Assembly: GCA_003669585.1 (NCBI GenBank)
Contig: QWOQ01000007.1
Span: forward strand, 106,694 to 170,693
DNA length: 64,000 nucleotides
Reading direction: 5' to 3'
Source of the DNA: Planctomycetota bacterium
GTDB lineage: Bacteria; Planctomycetota; Planctomycetia; Pirellulales; UBA1268
The notes under the pieces were generated by a model. The model was not told where the DNA came from and did not search any database. It saw only the letters and a program-made list of their open reading frames with translations. Made by a program: the position numbers and the translations under genes. Shown in pieces: positions 9,795 through 20,581 of the stretch (the first letter of the stretch is position 1; every line of letters begins with the position of its first letter).

Positions 9795-12680
9795 ATGCCG
9801 CATGCCACCAGCAGATCGTTCGATGAGGCTTTCACCAATCCTCGCGTACACACACTGAAGGCCTCATCTGGAATTTTACACAGTGCAGCACAGTGGCTTA
9901 TTGCCCAAGCCACCGGCGAATCGAAAAGTTCACAAGTAAAACTCGGTCACTGGACAATTCTTGTTCCAGGTCGACGCGCAGGCCACCGTTTGCTCGAACA
10001 TCTCATCGACCTGTCATCGCAGCAGAAACTCGATCTCGAACCGCCAAGAATTACAACCCTCGGTTCATTTCCGGAACTCCTGTACACACCCAGAAAACCA
10101 CTGGCAAGCATCACCACAGAAACGCTGGCATGGGTGGCAGCCCTTTCTCACAGCACTCCCGCTGACCGCGATAGTGTGATTCCATCGCCGATGCAGTCTC
10201 CGGAAGCACTTGTCACTTCTGCGCGCGAACTGGTGAGAGTGCATCGAGAACTCGCGGGAGTCGATCTTGGTTTTCGTGACGTTTGTGCAAAGGCCGCAGA
10301 AATGATTCCAGGCTTTTCCGACCATGCTCGGTGGGAGGCACTGGGCCGTCTCGAAATTGCTTATCTTTTAATCCTCGAATCACACGGTCTCTGGGATCGA
10401 CAAACCGCGAGACGTGTTGCACTTGAAAAAAATGAAATCCAATTCAACGGGCGGTTGGTGCTGTTGGCAACTGTCGATCTTGATTTTCTACAACGTCGAT
10501 TGCTGAGTCGTATCGAGCAATCAATCGACGTTCTCGTGGCACTTCCTGCCCACATTTCGACCGCAGAGGCAGCCTCCTGTTTTGATTCCCTCGGTTGTCT
10601 TATTCCCGATGCATGGTTGACACGCGACATTCCGATCCCGTTGAACTGCATCTCGCATGTTCTCGACACGCAAGGACAATGTGAGAAGCTTGTCGAATGG
10701 CTTCGGCATTCTGGCTCTCACCAAAGAGCTGATGAGATCACGATTGCTGTTCCGGATGCTACGATTGCTCCAACGATCGAACACGCTCTGGCGGCAGAGG
10801 GCGTTGCGGCCCGTTACGGAGTGGAACGCACCGCACGACGATCGACTCCGTACCAGATGCTCTCAGCTGTTTTTGGCTGGATCATGTACCGCGATTATGA
10901 GAGCCTCGCAACACTCCTTCGCTCGCCGGAAGTGCTGCACTTTATCGAGACTTCTGGTGAAACCCGATCACTCGAACTGCTCGATGTTTTTTCTTCGCAG
11001 CATTTGCCGATGAAGATTGATCGTGCTTACCTTGAACAGGCCGTCGCAGAGTCTCGTGGACAAACCGCTCGTCGAGAGAATCAGGATTTACAAGGTTTAT
11101 TAGCGGTTTTGAACTCACTCGACGATTGGCTTCGTCCGCTCGTCGAGGCATCGACGCATATCGCTCATGGAACTGCCGACGCCGCCACGTGGACCGGTGC
11201 AATTCGCCAGCTTTTTGCAACAGTGTATCGCGATTGTTCCCTCAATCTGGAGTGGCCTCTGGATCGAGTCGTCGCACAATCGCTCGAATTACTGTCCGAA
11301 ACGCTTGCTGAATTCGAGACACTCTCTCGCGAGATGGTGACGCTCGCCGGCAGTCGAGGGCTTGAGCACTTGCTCATGGCATTGTGGGACACGGGCGTGC
11401 TTCCTGCTCCCAGACAGGATGATTGCATTGATTTGGTCGGCTGGCTGGAAGTCGCGTTGGATGACAGCCCGTTGCTCGCATTGACAAGCGTCCTTGAAGG
11501 TATTGTGCCATCGAGACTTTCGCTCGACCCTCTCTTACCTGAGTCACTGCGCACGGCACTTCATCTTCTGGATTCGCGACGAACTACTGCTCGTGATGCC
11601 TGGATTTTGTCACTGGCAGTTTCCTCAAGAGAGACCCTGCTGGTGATTGTTCCTCAGTATAGCAGCGATCATTCGCCATCCGTTCCGAGTCGACTTTTGT
11701 TTCGTCGCCCTCCCGATGATGTTGTGCGAATAGCTCAGAAACTTTTTTTAGGCGAGACTCCGAAACTTGTCGGAACGACGATCACCTCAACGGGTTCGCG
11801 TCTCAATGTTCCACGCCCGACAGATTCATCACCGCCTGTCGCGTCCATGCGAGTCACCGAGTTCAAAGATTACTTAGCTTGCCCTTACCGCTATTGGCTA
11901 CGACACCGGCTCAAACTCAGTGAATCCCAGGGGCGCACTGGAGAGATGCGTGGGGCTGATTTTGGAATGCTTCTTCATAGTGTTCTTGAAGGATTCTCGG
12001 TTACAGACCTCGCTTCCTGCACCGATCCTCAAAAACTCTCTCGCGGTCTTTGCGACATTCTTGACAGCTTTTCACAAAATCGATTTGGATCACATCCGTC
12101 CGGGGCGGTGGCTGTTGGCCTAGAACTTGCGAAAAGACGTTTGTCGCAGTTTGCTTCGGTACAGGCCGAACGTGCCAGAGAAGGATGGATGATTCACTCA
12201 TTCGAAACCACCGCTCGTGGAACACTCATTGTCGATAATTCACCAATGAATATCACCGGTAGGATTGATCGTATCGACCATCATCCGCAGACAGGTCGCT
12301 GGGAAGTTCTGGATTACAAAACAAAAGCCACCTGCACACCACCCGATCGGACGCACCGAACCGGTGATGAATGGATCGACCTTCAGCTTCCGCTGTATCG
12401 ACATTTACTGTCGAGCGTGGCTCCATCAATCGATCCGACCATGCTTGCTCTTGGATATTTCAACCTTCCTGCAGATATCGAGAACACAGGGATCACACTG
12501 GCGACCTGGGATGCAGCGATGCTTGCCAACTCTGATGTTGCGGCGAAGGATATTATTCGTGCAGTAAGACAAGAAATTTTCTGGCCCCGACGTGATGAAA
12601 ACTCTCATCTGTTTCCAGAATTTGACACAATTTGTCAAACCCATCGAATTGAACCTTCCGACAGCGAGAACGACACGTGA
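9795..12680 (+). CDS. addB: AddB-like double-strand-break repair protein (degenerate helicase-like N-terminus, C-terminal PD-(D/E)XK nuclease)
   Basis: 961 aa. The N-terminus has only a degenerate P-loop (ILVPGRRAGHRLL). The C-terminus carries nuclease motifs (YLACPYRYWL, GRIDRIDHHPQTGRWEVLDYKT). Gene order addB-addA with a 4-nt overlap, as in alphaproteobacterial AddAB. Confidence 0.75.
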   Translation: MPHATSRSFDEAFTNPRVHTLKASSGILHSAAQWLIAQATGESKSSQVKLGHWTILVPGRRAGHRLLEHLIDLSSQQKLDLEPPRITTLGSFPELLYTPRKPLASITTETLAWVAALSHSTPADRDSVIPSPMQSPEALVTSARELVRVHRELAGVDLGFRDVCAKAAEMIPGFSDHARWEALGRLEIAYLLILESHGLWDRQTARRVALEKNEIQFNGRLVLLATVDLDFLQRRLLSRIEQSIDVLVALPAHISTAEAASCFDSLGCLIPDAWLTRDIPIPLNCISHVLDTQGQCEKLVEWLRHSGSHQRADEITIAVPDATIAPTIEHALAAEGVAARYGVERTARRSTPYQMLSAVFGWIMYRDYESLATLLRSPEVLHFIETSGETRSLELLDVFSSQHLPMKIDRAYLEQAVAESRGQTARRENQDLQGLLAVLNSLDDWLRPLVEASTHIAHGTADAATWTGAIRQLFATVYRDCSLNLEWPLDRVVAQSLELLSETLAEFETLSREMVTLAGSRGLEHLLMALWDTGVLPAPRQDDCIDLVGWLEVALDDSPLLALTSVLEGIVPSRLSLDPLLPESLRTALHLLDSRRTTARDAWILSLAVSSRETLLVIVPQYSSDHSPSVPSRLLFRRPPDDVVRIAQKLFLGETPKLVGTTITSTGSRLNVPRPTDSSPPVASMRVTEFKDYLACPYRYWLRHRLKLSESQGRTGEMRGADFGMLLHSVLEGFSVTDLASCTDPQKLSRGLCDILDSFSQNRFGSHPSGAVAVGLELAKRRLSQFASVQAERAREGWMIHSFETTARGTLIVDNSPMNITGRIDRIDHHPQTGRWEVLDYKTKATCTPPDRTHRTGDEWIDLQLPLYRHLLSSVAPSIDPTMLALGYFNLPADIENTGITLATWDAAMLANSDVAAKDIIRAVRQEIFWPRRDENSHLFPEFDTICQTHRIEPSDSENDT

Positions 12681-15600
12681 CATCTTTGAACTTATCGACG
12701 TCACCCTTTATCAGCGTGCGTGCAAGCGCTGGTACTGGAAAAACTCATTCGCTTACCAATCGTCTTCTTGAACTGCTCCTTGGTGGCGCAGCCATTGAAG
12801 ATATTTTTGCTGCAACGTTTGCTCGAAAAGCAGCGGGTGAAATTCTTGTGCGACTTTTGCGACGTCTTGCGATTGCCGCCGATTCATCAAACCCCCGGAT
12901 GGCTGAGACACTTTCAGCGGAACTTGCTCTTGGAACAGTGAATACCGAGACATTCCGTGATCTTCTTGTAAAGGTCACTGCGTCACTCGATCAACTTATG
13001 ATCGGCACGCTTGATAGTTTTTTTGTATCGTGGGCCGGATCGTCTCGGTTCGAGATTGGGCTTCCTGCGGGATGGTCGATCGGCAATGAGCGAACTCTCA
13101 CTCGACTTCGTCGAATGGCAATTCAACGACTGCTCGTCGGAGATACTATTTCCAACACCACGGCCGATTTAGCCACGTTGATCGTGCAACTCAACGGTGG
13201 CCGGCTGGCCATTGGCCTAGAAAAATCGATCGAGGGCATCGTCACCAGTCTTGCGGGAGTTTTTCGCGACACGCTTCCGGCAGCTTGGAACTGCCTCACA
13301 CTTCCTCCCGAGATCTCAAGCCAAGACATTTCTACCGCGATGCTTGAAGTGTTAGCGTTTTCCTTCACCGACTCGCGATTCACCTCTGCTCGCGACAGCG
13401 ATATCGAGCGCGCTCGAGCACTTCATTGGGATGACTTCGTACAAAAAGGACTCGTTGCCAAAATTGTCAGTGGTGATTTGACCTACTACTCCAAACCCAT
13501 CGACAGCGATGTCGCCAAAGCCTACCGACCACTGATCGAGGCCGCACGAAGTGCACTTGTCGGACGAATAGTGCTAAAGACCCGCGCTATGCATGACATG
13601 CTCTCGCTCTACACACAACTCTATGATGGTCTCGTGGCACAAGAAGGTGTCGTTTCATTTGATGACATCACTCGACTCGTTGGCGATGCGGTCTCTAACG
13701 GGCGAATCGACTCCGCTCGTTGGCGTGGTATTCCCTCGCACCGCCATCTCTTGCTTGATGAATTCCAAGACACCTCGCTTTCGCAGTGGAGAATTCTCAA
13801 AACAATTATTTCTAAGGCTGCGGCTTCCGAAGGAACATTTTATTGCGTTGGAGATGAAAAACAGGCTATCTATGGCTGGCGGGGCGGCAGATCCGAACTT
13901 CTTGAATACGTTGGCAAACTTTTTGAAACCGGTCCAATTCCCCTTTCCACTCGACAACTCTCTCACAGTTATCGTTCTAGTCCGGCGATTCTCGACGTCG
14001 TGAATACTATTTTCAGTGCCATTGGATCAAGTGTGGCGTTGGTCGATCATCCACAGGTCGCAGTACAGTGGGCGAACGAGTTCATTCCACACAGGGCCGA
14101 CAGCAGCAAACAACTGCTTCCCGGATGGGTTCGTCTGCGAACTTCTCCGAGCGGTCACAAAAAAAAGGATACCGCCGACTGTGTCATGGAGTGTGCCGCT
14201 GCTCGGGCATCGGCGCTTGCGCATGCCAATCCTGGGGCGACTCTTGGCATCCTGGTTCGAACCAACCGCGCTGCAGAGCGTCTCATCGCTCAGTTACAAA
14301 GTCGGTATGGAATTATCGCCAGCGGAGAGGGGGGCAATCCTCTGGCTGATTCGCCTGCCGTCGAACTTATTCTTTCGTTGTTCACACTGATTGATCACCC
14401 AGGTGATTCCGTTGCACGGTTTCATCTGTCGACTTCGCCGCTCGCTTCCATGGCAGGTCTGCCTATTTTCGATCCGTTGAACCGAGGAACTTTTCACGAA
14501 GCGTCTGACATTCATCGCCGCACACTCGATGCACTGCGAAGACAACTCATTCTTGATGGATACGCTGCGGTGGTGGACCGCTGCATCCGTGATCTTGATT
14601 CACATGGATCGCCTCGCGATCGTCGGCGTTTAAATCAGCTTGCGCAACAGGCTCGTCAGTGGGATTCTGGAGATTTAGGAAACTTTGAACGAGCAACCCT
14701 GCGGACAGACGATTTTGTTTCAATGTGCCGGCAGACATCGGTTCATGACGTGGTGCCATCGCCCATCCGGGTCATGACGATTCACAAGGCGAAGGGTCTT
14801 GAATTTGATCTCGTTGTGCTGACCGATCTTGATGGAAAGCTCTGTATACACCCTCCAAATATTGCAATTGATCGGGAGGATGCACTCTCACCCATCTCAG
14901 GAGTCATCGCTTGGCCATCGAAACAGGTTCAATCATTGTTGCCTTCGCGGTGGCAAGAGGCGTGTGATGCCGGGCCTCGTGAAATTGTGCGAGAGCAGAT
15001 TGCCACGCTCTATGTTGGACTCACTCGAGCAGTTCAAGGGATGGAAATCATCGTAGCTCCGAGTGAACCTCGCGAAAAGAATTGTCCAAAAACACTCGCC
15101 GGTGTACTTCGCACAACACTTTGCCCACCAGGCTTGGCGACGCCCGCCACAATTCTCTATGAACATACCCATGCCTGCCTCACCGGTTGCGACACTCTTG
15201 ACAGGCCACAGGTCACCGGCGGTGCAACGGAAACAGCATTCATGCCACAGATTTCGCAATGCACTCCGATTGTGTTTCGACATCGTTCGCAGAGCGAACC
15301 ACCTCGCCACGCACCGGTGGACATTCCCTCCAATACAAACAAGAGCAACATTGTTTTGGCGGACAGCCTGCTGGCAGGCCCATCGCAGGCAACATTTGCC
15401 CGCGGAACTCTGATTCACGCATGGTTTGAAAAGATCGAATGGTCCACCACTTCTCCAAATGGCTTTGATATTCCCGATTCACAAACGCTCTGGGAGATCG
15501 TCGCCACTCACTCGCCGCTGCTGCCGAAAGATGCGAACCTTGAAAAACAGTTTCGTGGCATGCTCACGATACCAAGCGTGTGCTCACATCTGGCTCAACC

Positions 15601-15997
15601 TGCTTTGTCACTTCCGGATTCCATTGTCGTGACGGGTCTTGCCTGTGGCCCTGCCGAACCGACGCTCGAACGAGAACGCGCCTTCGCCGTACGAACTCCG
15701 AACAACGGACATGTCGTCAGTGGAAAAATTGACAGAGCGACCATCTGGTCTCGTCATGGAAAGCCTATTGCTGCAGAGATTGTCGATTTTAAAACCGATT
15801 TTCTCGGTGTTTCCCCAGATGAACACACTCGTGCAATCGATGCGAAAATCCATTTGTATTCACCGCAAATGGAACACTATCGAATGGCGGTTGCTTCGAG
15901 ACTGAACATCGATCCTACACACATCACCACAACACTGCTATTTGTTGAAACAGGAATGGCCGTTCGCACCCTCTCTCTCTCAACCATCTCGACCTGA
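12677..15997 (+). CDS. addA: AddA-like UvrD/REP superfamily-1 helicase with C-terminal PD-(D/E)XK nuclease
   Basis: 1106 aa. Walker A ASAGTGKTHSL, motif II LLLDEFQDTSLSQW, GDEKQAIYGWRGG, SYRSSPAILDVVN, VMTIHKAKGLEFDLVVL, and nuclease GKIDRATIW...AAEIVDFKTD. Confidence 0.85.
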   Translation: MTSLNLSTSPFISVRASAGTGKTHSLTNRLLELLLGGAAIEDIFAATFARKAAGEILVRLLRRLAIAADSSNPRMAETLSAELALGTVNTETFRDLLVKVTASLDQLMIGTLDSFFVSWAGSSRFEIGLPAGWSIGNERTLTRLRRMAIQRLLVGDTISNTTADLATLIVQLNGGRLAIGLEKSIEGIVTSLAGVFRDTLPAAWNCLTLPPEISSQDISTAMLEVLAFSFTDSRFTSARDSDIERARALHWDDFVQKGLVAKIVSGDLTYYSKPIDSDVAKAYRPLIEAARSALVGRIVLKTRAMHDMLSLYTQLYDGLVAQEGVVSFDDITRLVGDAVSNGRIDSARWRGIPSHRHLLLDEFQDTSLSQWRILKTIISKAAASEGTFYCVGDEKQAIYGWRGGRSELLEYVGKLFETGPIPLSTRQLSHSYRSSPAILDVVNTIFSAIGSSVALVDHPQVAVQWANEFIPHRADSSKQLLPGWVRLRTSPSGHKKKDTADCVMECAAARASALAHANPGATLGILVRTNRAAERLIAQLQSRYGIIASGEGGNPLADSPAVELILSLFTLIDHPGDSVARFHLSTSPLASMAGLPIFDPLNRGTFHEASDIHRRTLDALRRQLILDGYAAVVDRCIRDLDSHGSPRDRRRLNQLAQQARQWDSGDLGNFERATLRTDDFVSMCRQTSVHDVVPSPIRVMTIHKAKGLEFDLVVLTDLDGKLCIHPPNIAIDREDALSPISGVIAWPSKQVQSLLPSRWQEACDAGPREIVREQIATLYVGLTRAVQGMEIIVAPSEPREKNCPKTLAGVLRTTLCPPGLATPATILYEHTHACLTGCDTLDRPQVTGGATETAFMPQISQCTPIVFRHRSQSEPPRHAPVDIPSNTNKSNIVLADSLLAGPSQATFARGTLIHAWFEKIEWSTTSPNGFDIPDSQTLWEIVATHSPLLPKDANLEKQFRGMLTIPSVCSHLAQPALSLPDSIVVTGLACGPAEPTLERERAFAVRTPNNGHVVSGKIDRATIWSRHGKPIAAEIVDFKTDFLGVSPDEHTRAIDAKIHLYSPQMEHYRMAVASRLNIDPTHITTTLLFVETGMAVRTLSLSTIST

Positions 15998-16016
15998 CGG
16001 CAGACACCTCTGGGGT

Positions 16017-19000
16017 TCAGGGTGTTGGCAGCGGCACCTGATCTGCCGACATCAGATACGAGAAGAGTTCTCGTATCTGATCGTCCGAAAGATTGGTCAG
16101 CATCCCGTCGGGCATCAACGACTGGGGCGTCACGGACTGTTCCGCAATATCGTTTCGATCAATCGTCACAGAATCCTGAACTGTTTGAACAGTAAGCGTT
16201 CGCTCGGTAGTACTGCTGATCACGCCGGTGATCACACGTCCATCTTCAAGCACGATTGAAACAGCACGGAAATCACTGCCGACGCTGGCGCTTGGATCAA
16301 TCACATTTTCCAGCAGATAGTCAAGGTTTTTACGATTGGAGCCGGTGAGATCGGGTCCTAGCTTTCTTCCTGCTCCAAAAAGCACATGACACGAAGCGCA
16401 GGACTTTGCAAAGATTGCGCGTCCATTTGAACGATCAGACTCGGCGAGCGATTTTGCGTCGAGTTTCTCTTTCCAGTGCGTCACAAGAATTTTTCGGTCT
16501 GCCGCACTCACTCGCACCTGGCCCCAGACGCGAGCGAGTTGCTCAGAGAGCTTTTCGTCATCACACTCTGCAATCTGTCTTGCGTGAAAGGCTGAAATCT
16601 CTTCTTTTGCAATCGTTCCAGATTCAACTGCGTCGAGCATAGCCTTGGCGTAGGCCGGTCGCGCAACGAGCGTATTGATCATCGTGGCGCGGTCCGCCGG
16701 TGTAAACATGCCGGCCTTCTGAAGAATCAGCGACGGAGTGTCTGGATGATCGTAACGAGCAAGCCCGGCAAGTACCTCTGAGATCACCGTTCGATCTCCG
16801 AGCATTCCCTGTAGAAACGTAGCTCCATCTTCAGGTGACGTGCTCACCAGCGTTCGAATCGCCTGCCTCCGCGCATCGGCACTCGCTCTGGAATCGCTTG
16901 CAATCAAGCGCACCTGTTCGATGCCGCGTCCTTCACCAAAAAGAACATCCAACTCCCGCACAGCCTGAAGGGTCTGCTCATCGGTACTGCCTGCAAAAGC
17001 CAGCGAAATCTTTTTCCAAGACTCGGGAGCTGGAGCTTGTCGCCAACCGCGAAGACCGTCAGCGGCTCCCAGCAGGGTATCGCGACAGGCTTCTGAATTG
17101 ACATTGTGGGATGCTGCCACAAAAAGCGAATCGACAATTTTGGGAAGCGATTCGATTTCCCCGGCCAATCGTCGTGCACAGTTTCTGCGAACTTGAGGCA
17201 ACGATGCATTGCTAGCCAGCTGTACGCACCGGCTTGGATCGCGAAGCACAGACGGTTCAATGCCGTACCAGATCATCTTCGAAAGCATTCGATCAGCCGA
17301 AAATTCTGAATGAAGACAGAGGCGTTCTGCAACCTGCCAGCGGGTTTCGTCTGAAAGTCGGCTGAGTGATGAAGCCAGGTGCATCTGCACTGGTCCGGAA
17401 ACATCATTTTCTGCATGCGCAAGAATTCGCTTCAGCGATTCAGCAGACGGCTGTTTTCCGTCTTGAGAACACTCTTCGACCAACAAGCGCAAAGCCCAGC
17501 TGCGAACGAAAGCGTCTGAATCTTCAAGGGCTTCAAGCAGAATTGACTCGCTGAGACCACCGGTCACTGAAAGGGCCCACAGGCACTGCATTCGCCACGC
17601 TGGCTCACTTTTTGTTTTCAGCATTTCTACAAGCCATTTATTTTCTTTCTCAAGACTCTCACCTCGCGCGGCCCGCCCCTGCCACGCTCGCACAACCTGC
17701 CTGCCCCACCAACGATTGGTCTTCAAGAAAGAGGTCTTCGTTTCTTCAAAACCTGCCTGGGCAACATCAATCGGTCGACTGTGTGGTGATGTTCCATAGA
17801 TGAGCTTGTAAATGCGTCCACTGGTGCGATGCACGCCATCGTGATCATGGCATTCACCGGTGTCTGACCAGTCAGCAATAAAAACTCCGCCGTCTTGTCC
17901 GGTGATCAGATCCATGCCGCGATACCATGGATCAGCAATAAAACAAAAATCTGGACCGTGACGGGCCGTAAAGCCTGCTGAAAGTGGCTCAAGAATATCG
18001 CTATTGATGCGACGCCCGTGCATGTTGAGCGTATAGACTCGGTCGCGAAATTCCTTCGGCCAATTGTCTCCCTGATAGATCATCAGGCCGATATGCGCAT
18101 GGCCACCGCCGGCTGCGCTGGTCTTATCAGAGACTCCATTGCGAATATCGTTCCAGTGTTCGCCGGTATCCCAGTGCACATGGTCGGCCGTCTGCGGAAT
18201 TAAATCGTAGACATACCGATCAAGATCAGTGCCGTACATTCGTTCGACGTGTGCGCCTTGAACAACGTGCCACAAATGCCCAATCACCGTATTAATAACA
18301 AACATTTCTCCATTGGTATCAAAATCTGATCCCCAGGAATTTGTCATGCCGTGCATCACGTCCTCAACAACCTTGCGGATCGGATGAAACCGCCAAACAC
18401 CGGTATTGATTTGAATGCGTTGCGAATCTCCTGAACCAGGAACACCAATTCGAGACGTGCCCTGAATCCCATGACGACCGTAAAGCCAGCCATCGGGGCC
18501 CCACTTGAGGCCATTGGCGGGTGTATGACCGACGGCCTGTTCATCAAGCCCATCGAGCACAATCTCAGGTGGACCATCAGGCACCAGATCTCCGTTTCGA
18601 TCCGGGATGAAAATCAGATGAGGAAGATTCAAGGCCCAGACACCGCCGAGCCCCACTTCAATACTTGTGAGCTTTCTTCCACCATCCCAAAACACTGTGG
18701 AATCATCATGGCGGCCGTCACCATCACGATCCGAGAGCACCACGATTCTGTCTCGAAGAGTCGTGTCGTAGCTGCCAAATCCGGCGCCACTCCAGGTATA
18801 GTTTTCAGCAACCCAGAGTCGGCCTTGGGAGTCGGTCGTGATCGCGATCGGGTTGCAGATGTCGGGCTCGGATGCGAACACAGAAAGCGAAAATCCCGGA
18901 GGCAGCTTTGCGGTAGCGACCACCTCTTCCGGAGCCATGGGAGTCGTCACCGATTTTTCGGAGTTATACGGAACGGGAAAATCATCAGCAATCGTTTTTG

Positions 19001-19079
19001 TAGCAGCAGTTATCAACGTCACAAAAGCACAAAGAATCTGGAAGCAGAAAATACATTTGGCAGGGTGCGGTCCAAGCAC
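16017..19079 (-). CDS. PVC-type heme-binding protein (membrane-bound-dehydrogenase-like beta-propeller, HEAT repeats, C-terminal cytochrome c domain)
   Basis: 1020 aa. N-terminal signal/TM. Central HEAT-like repeats (EALEDSDAFVRSWALRLL...). C-terminal CxxCH (FAKSCASCHVLFGAG...GPDLTG) and the SLMPDG...L..DQIRELFSYL tail typical of the Pirellula/Verrucomicrobium-type heme-binding domain. Confidence 0.8.
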   Translation of the reverse strand: MLGPHPAKCIFCFQILCAFVTLITAATKTIADDFPVPYNSEKSVTTPMAPEEVVATAKLPPGFSLSVFASEPDICNPIAITTDSQGRLWVAENYTWSGAGFGSYDTTLRDRIVVLSDRDGDGRHDDSTVFWDGGRKLTSIEVGLGGVWALNLPHLIFIPDRNGDLVPDGPPEIVLDGLDEQAVGHTPANGLKWGPDGWLYGRHGIQGTSRIGVPGSGDSQRIQINTGVWRFHPIRKVVEDVMHGMTNSWGSDFDTNGEMFVINTVIGHLWHVVQGAHVERMYGTDLDRYVYDLIPQTADHVHWDTGEHWNDIRNGVSDKTSAAGGGHAHIGLMIYQGDNWPKEFRDRVYTLNMHGRRINSDILEPLSAGFTARHGPDFCFIADPWYRGMDLITGQDGGVFIADWSDTGECHDHDGVHRTSGRIYKLIYGTSPHSRPIDVAQAGFEETKTSFLKTNRWWGRQVVRAWQGRAARGESLEKENKWLVEMLKTKSEPAWRMQCLWALSVTGGLSESILLEALEDSDAFVRSWALRLLVEECSQDGKQPSAESLKRILAHAENDVSGPVQMHLASSLSRLSDETRWQVAERLCLHSEFSADRMLSKMIWYGIEPSVLRDPSRCVQLASNASLPQVRRNCARRLAGEIESLPKIVDSLFVAASHNVNSEACRDTLLGAADGLRGWRQAPAPESWKKISLAFAGSTDEQTLQAVRELDVLFGEGRGIEQVRLIASDSRASADARRQAIRTLVSTSPEDGATFLQGMLGDRTVISEVLAGLARYDHPDTPSLILQKAGMFTPADRATMINTLVARPAYAKAMLDAVESGTIAKEEISAFHARQIAECDDEKLSEQLARVWGQVRVSAADRKILVTHWKEKLDAKSLAESDRSNGRAIFAKSCASCHVLFGAGRKLGPDLTGSNRKNLDYLLENVIDPSASVGSDFRAVSIVLEDGRVITGVISSTTERTLTVQTVQDSVTIDRNDIAEQSVTPQSLMPDGMLTNLSDDQIRELFSYLMSADQVPLPTP

Positions 19080-19125
19080 AAGTCACCTCTTTTGTGAAAA
19101 ATAAAATGCCACAAGCAGACTCTTT

Positions 19126-20358
19126 TTATCGCGGTAGCGACTGCGTTTTGGCAGGATCCAGAAGCCCCAGAACCACCTGCGCATGAATGCGATGCCCAAA
19201 GTCGTTGGGGTGATTGACCCCGTTCCCCGTGAGATCACAACTGTTTTTTCGTTCGAGAAGGTTCTCCCACATGCTTGTGAGATCCGCAAATGCAATGCCC
19301 GGACCGGCAAGCCCAGCAATCGCATCGCGATGTGGCCGAAACTGATCGCGAGGAGTGTGCACCCACTGGTCGTTGCCGATCATCGGAGAAAGAAGGATCA
19401 CTTCTGGCCGGGTTTCCGATTCCACAATACTTCTGAGAAGTGATTGAAGAAGCGTGCGAAACCCTTCTGGATCTCTCGCCCCAATGTGATTCATACCGTA
19501 GGCCACGATCACAAGATCTGGTTTGCTTTCGAGCAATTGTGGACAGTCGGCAATCCCTTGCTCAATACGCCACCCACTGACGGCGCGATTGACAAGCGTA
19601 ATTTGGCTTTTGGTTGTATGCCTTAAATGCTCCGCCACAAGCGAAGGATACGTCGGCATCAGCGGAGGTGCCCCAGTGAGTCCCGATGCATTCAGCCCGA
19701 AAGAAATACTGTCGCCACTCACGGCAAGAGTCAGCGGATCGCCTTTGTGAAGCTTACTTGCGGTCTTGGGAAGATTTTGAAGCGCACTGACAGGTCGATA
19801 GCCAGTCCACTCGGAGGCTCTTTTGTACGTTACTTCGATCTGCTGATCGTGAAACCAGTGCTGATTATCAAAGAGAACACCTTGTTCAAGATCACCTGCC
19901 CTGTGAGCAAGGCTTCTCACAGCGTCCTTCGGTGGAAACAGTGACGACGCTTGAAGAAATGGGATTTTTGAATGTTGCGGAAGTTCTATGCGTCCCCGTA
20001 CTCTGTCGACCACATAATCGAGTCCTTCGACAAATTCCTCTGTTTGGTTAGCGCGAGTTACTTTCAGAGTTCCGATCACAGGAAAGAGAAGTCTTCCAAC
20101 AGGTCGCGTATCTTCTGTTTCCTGCAGACACAAAATGCTCTCACCATGCACTGTCGAACTCGACCACAATGGATCTCCTAGATGCCACTGAGCCAACGCA
20201 TTCAATGAAACAACCTTTTCCTCGGCATGCGACAGGAGAGGATCTCCACACAGCACCCACAAAATCAAAATGCACGGAAAACTATGCTGGATGATTCGGG
20301 TGATTGCTTGTGCAACACGCTCCGCAATCGATTGTTGTCGTGAAGTCAAAAGAGCCAT
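19126..20358 (-). CDS. SGNH/GDSL-family hydrolase
   Basis: 410 aa. Block I LAVSGDSISFG, block III AYGMNH, block V GVNHPNDFGH. N-terminal signal-like hydrophobic segment. Confidence 0.75.
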   Translation of the reverse strand: MALLTSRQQSIAERVAQAITRIIQHSFPCILILWVLCGDPLLSHAEEKVVSLNALAQWHLGDPLWSSSTVHGESILCLQETEDTRPVGRLLFPVIGTLKVTRANQTEEFVEGLDYVVDRVRGRIELPQHSKIPFLQASSLFPPKDAVRSLAHRAGDLEQGVLFDNQHWFHDQQIEVTYKRASEWTGYRPVSALQNLPKTASKLHKGDPLTLAVSGDSISFGLNASGLTGAPPLMPTYPSLVAEHLRHTTKSQITLVNRAVSGWRIEQGIADCPQLLESKPDLVIVAYGMNHIGARDPEGFRTLLQSLLRSIVESETRPEVILLSPMIGNDQWVHTPRDQFRPHRDAIAGLAGPGIAFADLTSMWENLLERKNSCDLTGNGVNHPNDFGHRIHAQVVLGLLDPAKTQSLPR

Positions 20359-20498
20359 TGGACCTGCTCGACACGCCTTCTGCCGATTGATACTGAGTGG
20401 GCGTCGTTATTGAATGGAAAATAAATTGAGTACGACAATGAGACTCGCCTGACTCTTGCATACGAAAAAAAACAAAACTCTCTTGCAGCTCACAAGAG

Positions 20499-20581
20499 CG
20501 GAGGGCAGGGGATTCGAACCCCCAACCCATTGCTGGGCATCTGATTTCGAATCAGACTGCTGGCCAATTCGCTTACCCTCC
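20499..20581 (-). tRNA. tRNA-Ser (anticodon CGA)
   Basis: The reverse complement reads GGAGGGTAAGCGAATTGGCCAGCAGTCTGATTCGAAATCAGATGCCCAGCAATGGGTTGGGGGTTCGAATCCCCTGCCCTCCG. It has a 7-bp acceptor stem (GGAGGGT/GCCCTCC), an anticodon stem TCTGA/TCAGA with loop TTCGAAA (anticodon CGA), a long variable arm (CCCA-GCAA-TGGG) and a T-arm GGGGG-TTCGAAT-CCCCT. CCA is not encoded. Confidence 0.85.

Noticed and set aside
18471-19097. 208-aa + strand ORF opposite the 5' part of the heme-binding protein gene
   Set aside because: It is antisense to a well-supported 1020-aa gene and has no recognisable motifs.
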